This document shows, in pieces, positions 61,818-64,000 of a stretch of 64,000 nt of DNA. This DNA is from an uncultured Flavobacteriaceae bacterium (lineage in GTDB: Bacteria > Bacteroidota > Bacteroidia > Flavobacteriales > Flavobacteriaceae), in the NCBI GenBank assembly GCA_943788095.1, contig CALSOZ010000005.1, forward strand, positions 1,851 to 65,850, in the 5' to 3' direction. How positions within the stretch are numbered: position 1 is the first letter of the stretch; the number at the start of each line of letters is the position of its first letter. A program made the position numbers and the translations under genes. The notes beneath the pieces were generated by a model. It saw only the letters and a program-made list of their open reading frames with translations, had not been told where the DNA came from and ran no database searches.

Positions 61818-62306
61818 ATGAAAAAAATTTTAGTATTAACGCTCTTTTTTACCACTGTTTTAAGTTGTCAAAGTCGTGTGGAAACGCAATTTTCAACTGA
61901 GGCCTTAAATGATGAATTCATCACTTTAGAAGGAACTTCAATCGCATTTAAATCTATTTTAGAAAAGCATGAAGGCAATACGGTTTTTATTGATGTATGG
62001 GCCTCCTGGTGTAAAGATTGTTTAAAAGGGTTGCCTGGAGTCAAAGAACTGCAAGCCAATAACCCTGAAGTTGATTTTATTTATTTATCATTAGATAAAT
62101 CGCAAGTCGCCTGGAAAAAAGGCATTAATCGACTTCAAATTCAAGGGGAACATTACTTTATGCAATCGGGTTGGAAAGGGGCGATGGGCACCTTTTTGGA
62201 TTTGGATTGGATTCCACGCTATATGATTATTGATAAACAAGGCGGTATAAAAGTTTTTAAAGCCATTGAAACCACAGATATAACACTATTAAATAATTTA
62301 AAATGA
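61818..62306 (+). CDS. TlpA family thiol-disulfide oxidoreductase (lipoprotein)
   Basis: VLS-C lipobox, WASWCKDC, WIPRY. Confidence 0.88.
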   Translation: MKKILVLTLFFTTVLSCQSRVETQFSTEALNDEFITLEGTSIAFKSILEKHEGNTVFIDVWASWCKDCLKGLPGVKELQANNPEVDFIYLSLDKSQVAWKKGINRLQIQGEHYFMQSGWKGAMGTFLDLDWIPRYMIIDKQGGIKVFKAIETTDITLLNNLK

Positions 62307-63052
62307 GAAAACAAATTGTAGCAGGAAATTGGAAAATGAACAATGATTATGTTGATTCGGAATTATTCGTTTCTAAACTGCTTAAAGAACTTAAACACAC
62401 CACCACAGAAGTCATTATTGCGCCTCCTTTTACGAGTCTCTTAGCGTCTTCTAATTCAGTTAAAGGAAGTCAAGTTATCGTGGCCGCTCAAAACATGCAT
62501 TTTGCCGAAAATGGAGCTTACACAGGCGAAGTTAGTGCTGCAATGCTAAAAAGTGTTGGTGTTAAAACAGTGATCTTAGGACACAGTGAGCGTCGTGCTT
62601 ATTTTAATGAATCCGATGATCTTCTTGCTAAAAAAGTTAACACTGCATTAGCACATGGGATGCGCTCAATTTTTTGTTTTGGTGAAGAATTAGAAGATCG
62701 TAAATCTGGAAATGAAGAAGCGATTGTAGGGGCACAAATCAAGAATGCATTATTTCATTTACCAGCTGCTGCATGGGAACATATCGTTTTGGCTTATGAG
62801 CCTGTTTGGGCCATTGGTACCGGCGAAACTGCTTCTCCAGAACAAGCGCAAGATATGCATGCTTTTATCCGTGAAACGGTTGCGAAAAAGTATTCGAAAA
62901 AATTAGCGGAGGACGTTTCAATATTATACGGTGGGAGTGTAAAACCTGCAAATGCAAAAGAAATTTTTTCTAAACCAGATGTAGATGGTGGCCTTATTGG
63001 GGGCGCTGCATTGGATGTTGAACAATTTTTGGCCATCATAAACGCATTTTAA
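62303..63052 (+). CDS. tpiA: Triose-phosphate isomerase
   Basis: AGNWKMN, GHSERR, AYEPVWAIGTG, YGGSV. Confidence 0.97.
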   Translation: MRKQIVAGNWKMNNDYVDSELFVSKLLKELKHTTTEVIIAPPFTSLLASSNSVKGSQVIVAAQNMHFAENGAYTGEVSAAMLKSVGVKTVILGHSERRAYFNESDDLLAKKVNTALAHGMRSIFCFGEELEDRKSGNEEAIVGAQIKNALFHLPAAAWEHIVLAYEPVWAIGTGETASPEQAQDMHAFIRETVAKKYSKKLAEDVSILYGGSVKPANAKEIFSKPDVDGGLIGGAALDVEQFLAIINAF

Positions 63053-63054
63053 AT

Positions 63055-63897
63055 TTGGCAGACTCTATTTATATAGGCTACACATTTAAAGTTGAACCCG
63101 TTCAACCAGGCGCCGAAATTTTAATTGCGGAGCTTGGTTTTTCTGGGTTTGAAAGTTTTGTAGAAACGCCAGACGGCGTCATTGCTTATATTCAAAAATC
63201 AGATCATTTTGAAGCGATACTTGACTCCGTTCAGATTTTAAATTCTGAGGAGTTTGAAATTACGTATGACTTTGAAACGATAGCTCAGACCAATTGGAAC
63301 GCAGAATGGGAGAAAAATTTCAACCCAATACTGGTGGATGATCAGTGCGCGATTCGTGCACCGTTTCATGAGCCTTTTGATGTGAAGTATGATATTATTA
63401 TCGAGCCTAAAATGAGCTTTGGAACTGGACATCACGAAACAACTCACATGATGATTCAGCATATTTTAGTGTCAGATTTCACGAATAAATCGGTGTTGGA
63501 TATGGGTTGTGGAACAGGCGTTCTTGCAATTTTGGCCGAAAAAAGAGGCGCTAAAACACTCGATGCCATCGATATTGATAATTGGTGCTATTTAAATAGT
63601 TTAGAGAATGTTTCCAGAAATGACTGTCACCATATCAATGTTTTAGAAGGGGATGCGTCCATATTACAGGGCAAATACTATGATGTAATCATCGCAAATA
63701 TTAATAGAAACATTCTACTAAACGACTTAAGTACATATGTTGCTTGTTTAAATAAAAAGGGTTCCCTATTTTTAAGTGGTTTTTATGACAGTGATTGTGA
63801 GTTGATTGAATCAACCTGTAATCAACTTCATTTGAAACTCGAAAAAAAATTAAAGCGAAACAATTGGGTTGCTTTGAAATTTGTTCAACAATTATGA
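63055..63897 (+). CDS. prmA: Ribosomal protein L11 methyltransferase
   Basis: EPKMSFGTGHHETT, LDMGCGTGVL, ANINRN. Confidence 0.93.
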   Translation: MADSIYIGYTFKVEPVQPGAEILIAELGFSGFESFVETPDGVIAYIQKSDHFEAILDSVQILNSEEFEITYDFETIAQTNWNAEWEKNFNPILVDDQCAIRAPFHEPFDVKYDIIIEPKMSFGTGHHETTHMMIQHILVSDFTNKSVLDMGCGTGVLAILAEKRGAKTLDAIDIDNWCYLNSLENVSRNDCHHINVLEGDASILQGKYYDVIIANINRNILLNDLSTYVACLNKKGSLFLSGFYDSDCELIESTCNQLHLKLEKKLKRNNWVALKFVQQL

Positions 63898-64000
63898 GTA
63901 CAAAAGAAAAAATCAAAGAAGAATTAGAGATTTCAGTTGAGGAAAGTCACCTGAATGAAATTGTCTTGTTCAATGATGAAGTGAATACTTTTGACCATGT
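63894..64000 (+). CDS. clpS: ClpS adaptor, 5' part (truncated by the window edge)
   Basis: MSTKEKIKEE...IVLFNDEVNTFDH; ATGA overlap with the prmA stop. Confidence 0.82.
   Translation, partial: MSTKEKIKEELEISVEESHLNEIVLFNDEVNTFDH

Overview
Mostly core chromosome of a Bacteroidota bacterium, most likely Flavobacteriaceae. Evidence: porU-porV and gldJ, TAnnTTTG -7 promoters, no obvious Shine-Dalgarno motifs, fused secDF and a short proS ending ...KAY. About 55 protein genes and three tRNAs (Val-TAC, Val-GAC, Glu-TTC) are present. There is no CRISPR array, integrase, transposase or prophage. The only clearly accessory block is about 4.7 kb between tRNA-Val(TAC) and pdhC (7990-12720). It has an 18-bp duplication of the tRNA 3' end, a 31-bp hairpin repeated exactly, and three surface-protein genes: a small T9SS-CTD protein translationally coupled to a fibre-like protein that has no export domain of its own, and a lipoprotein with an HFS motif resembling cis-autoproteolysis sites. 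Other points of note: a REP/REPIN-like inverted-repeat element with a 70-bp tandem duplication between rpsT and rho, a low-complexity lipoprotein paired with a FadL-like barrel, candidate leaderless genes, gene relics, and a cluster of about 8 single-base indels at 53.9-57.6 kb that is most likely sequencing error. All family assignments come from motif recognition by eye; no searches were run.
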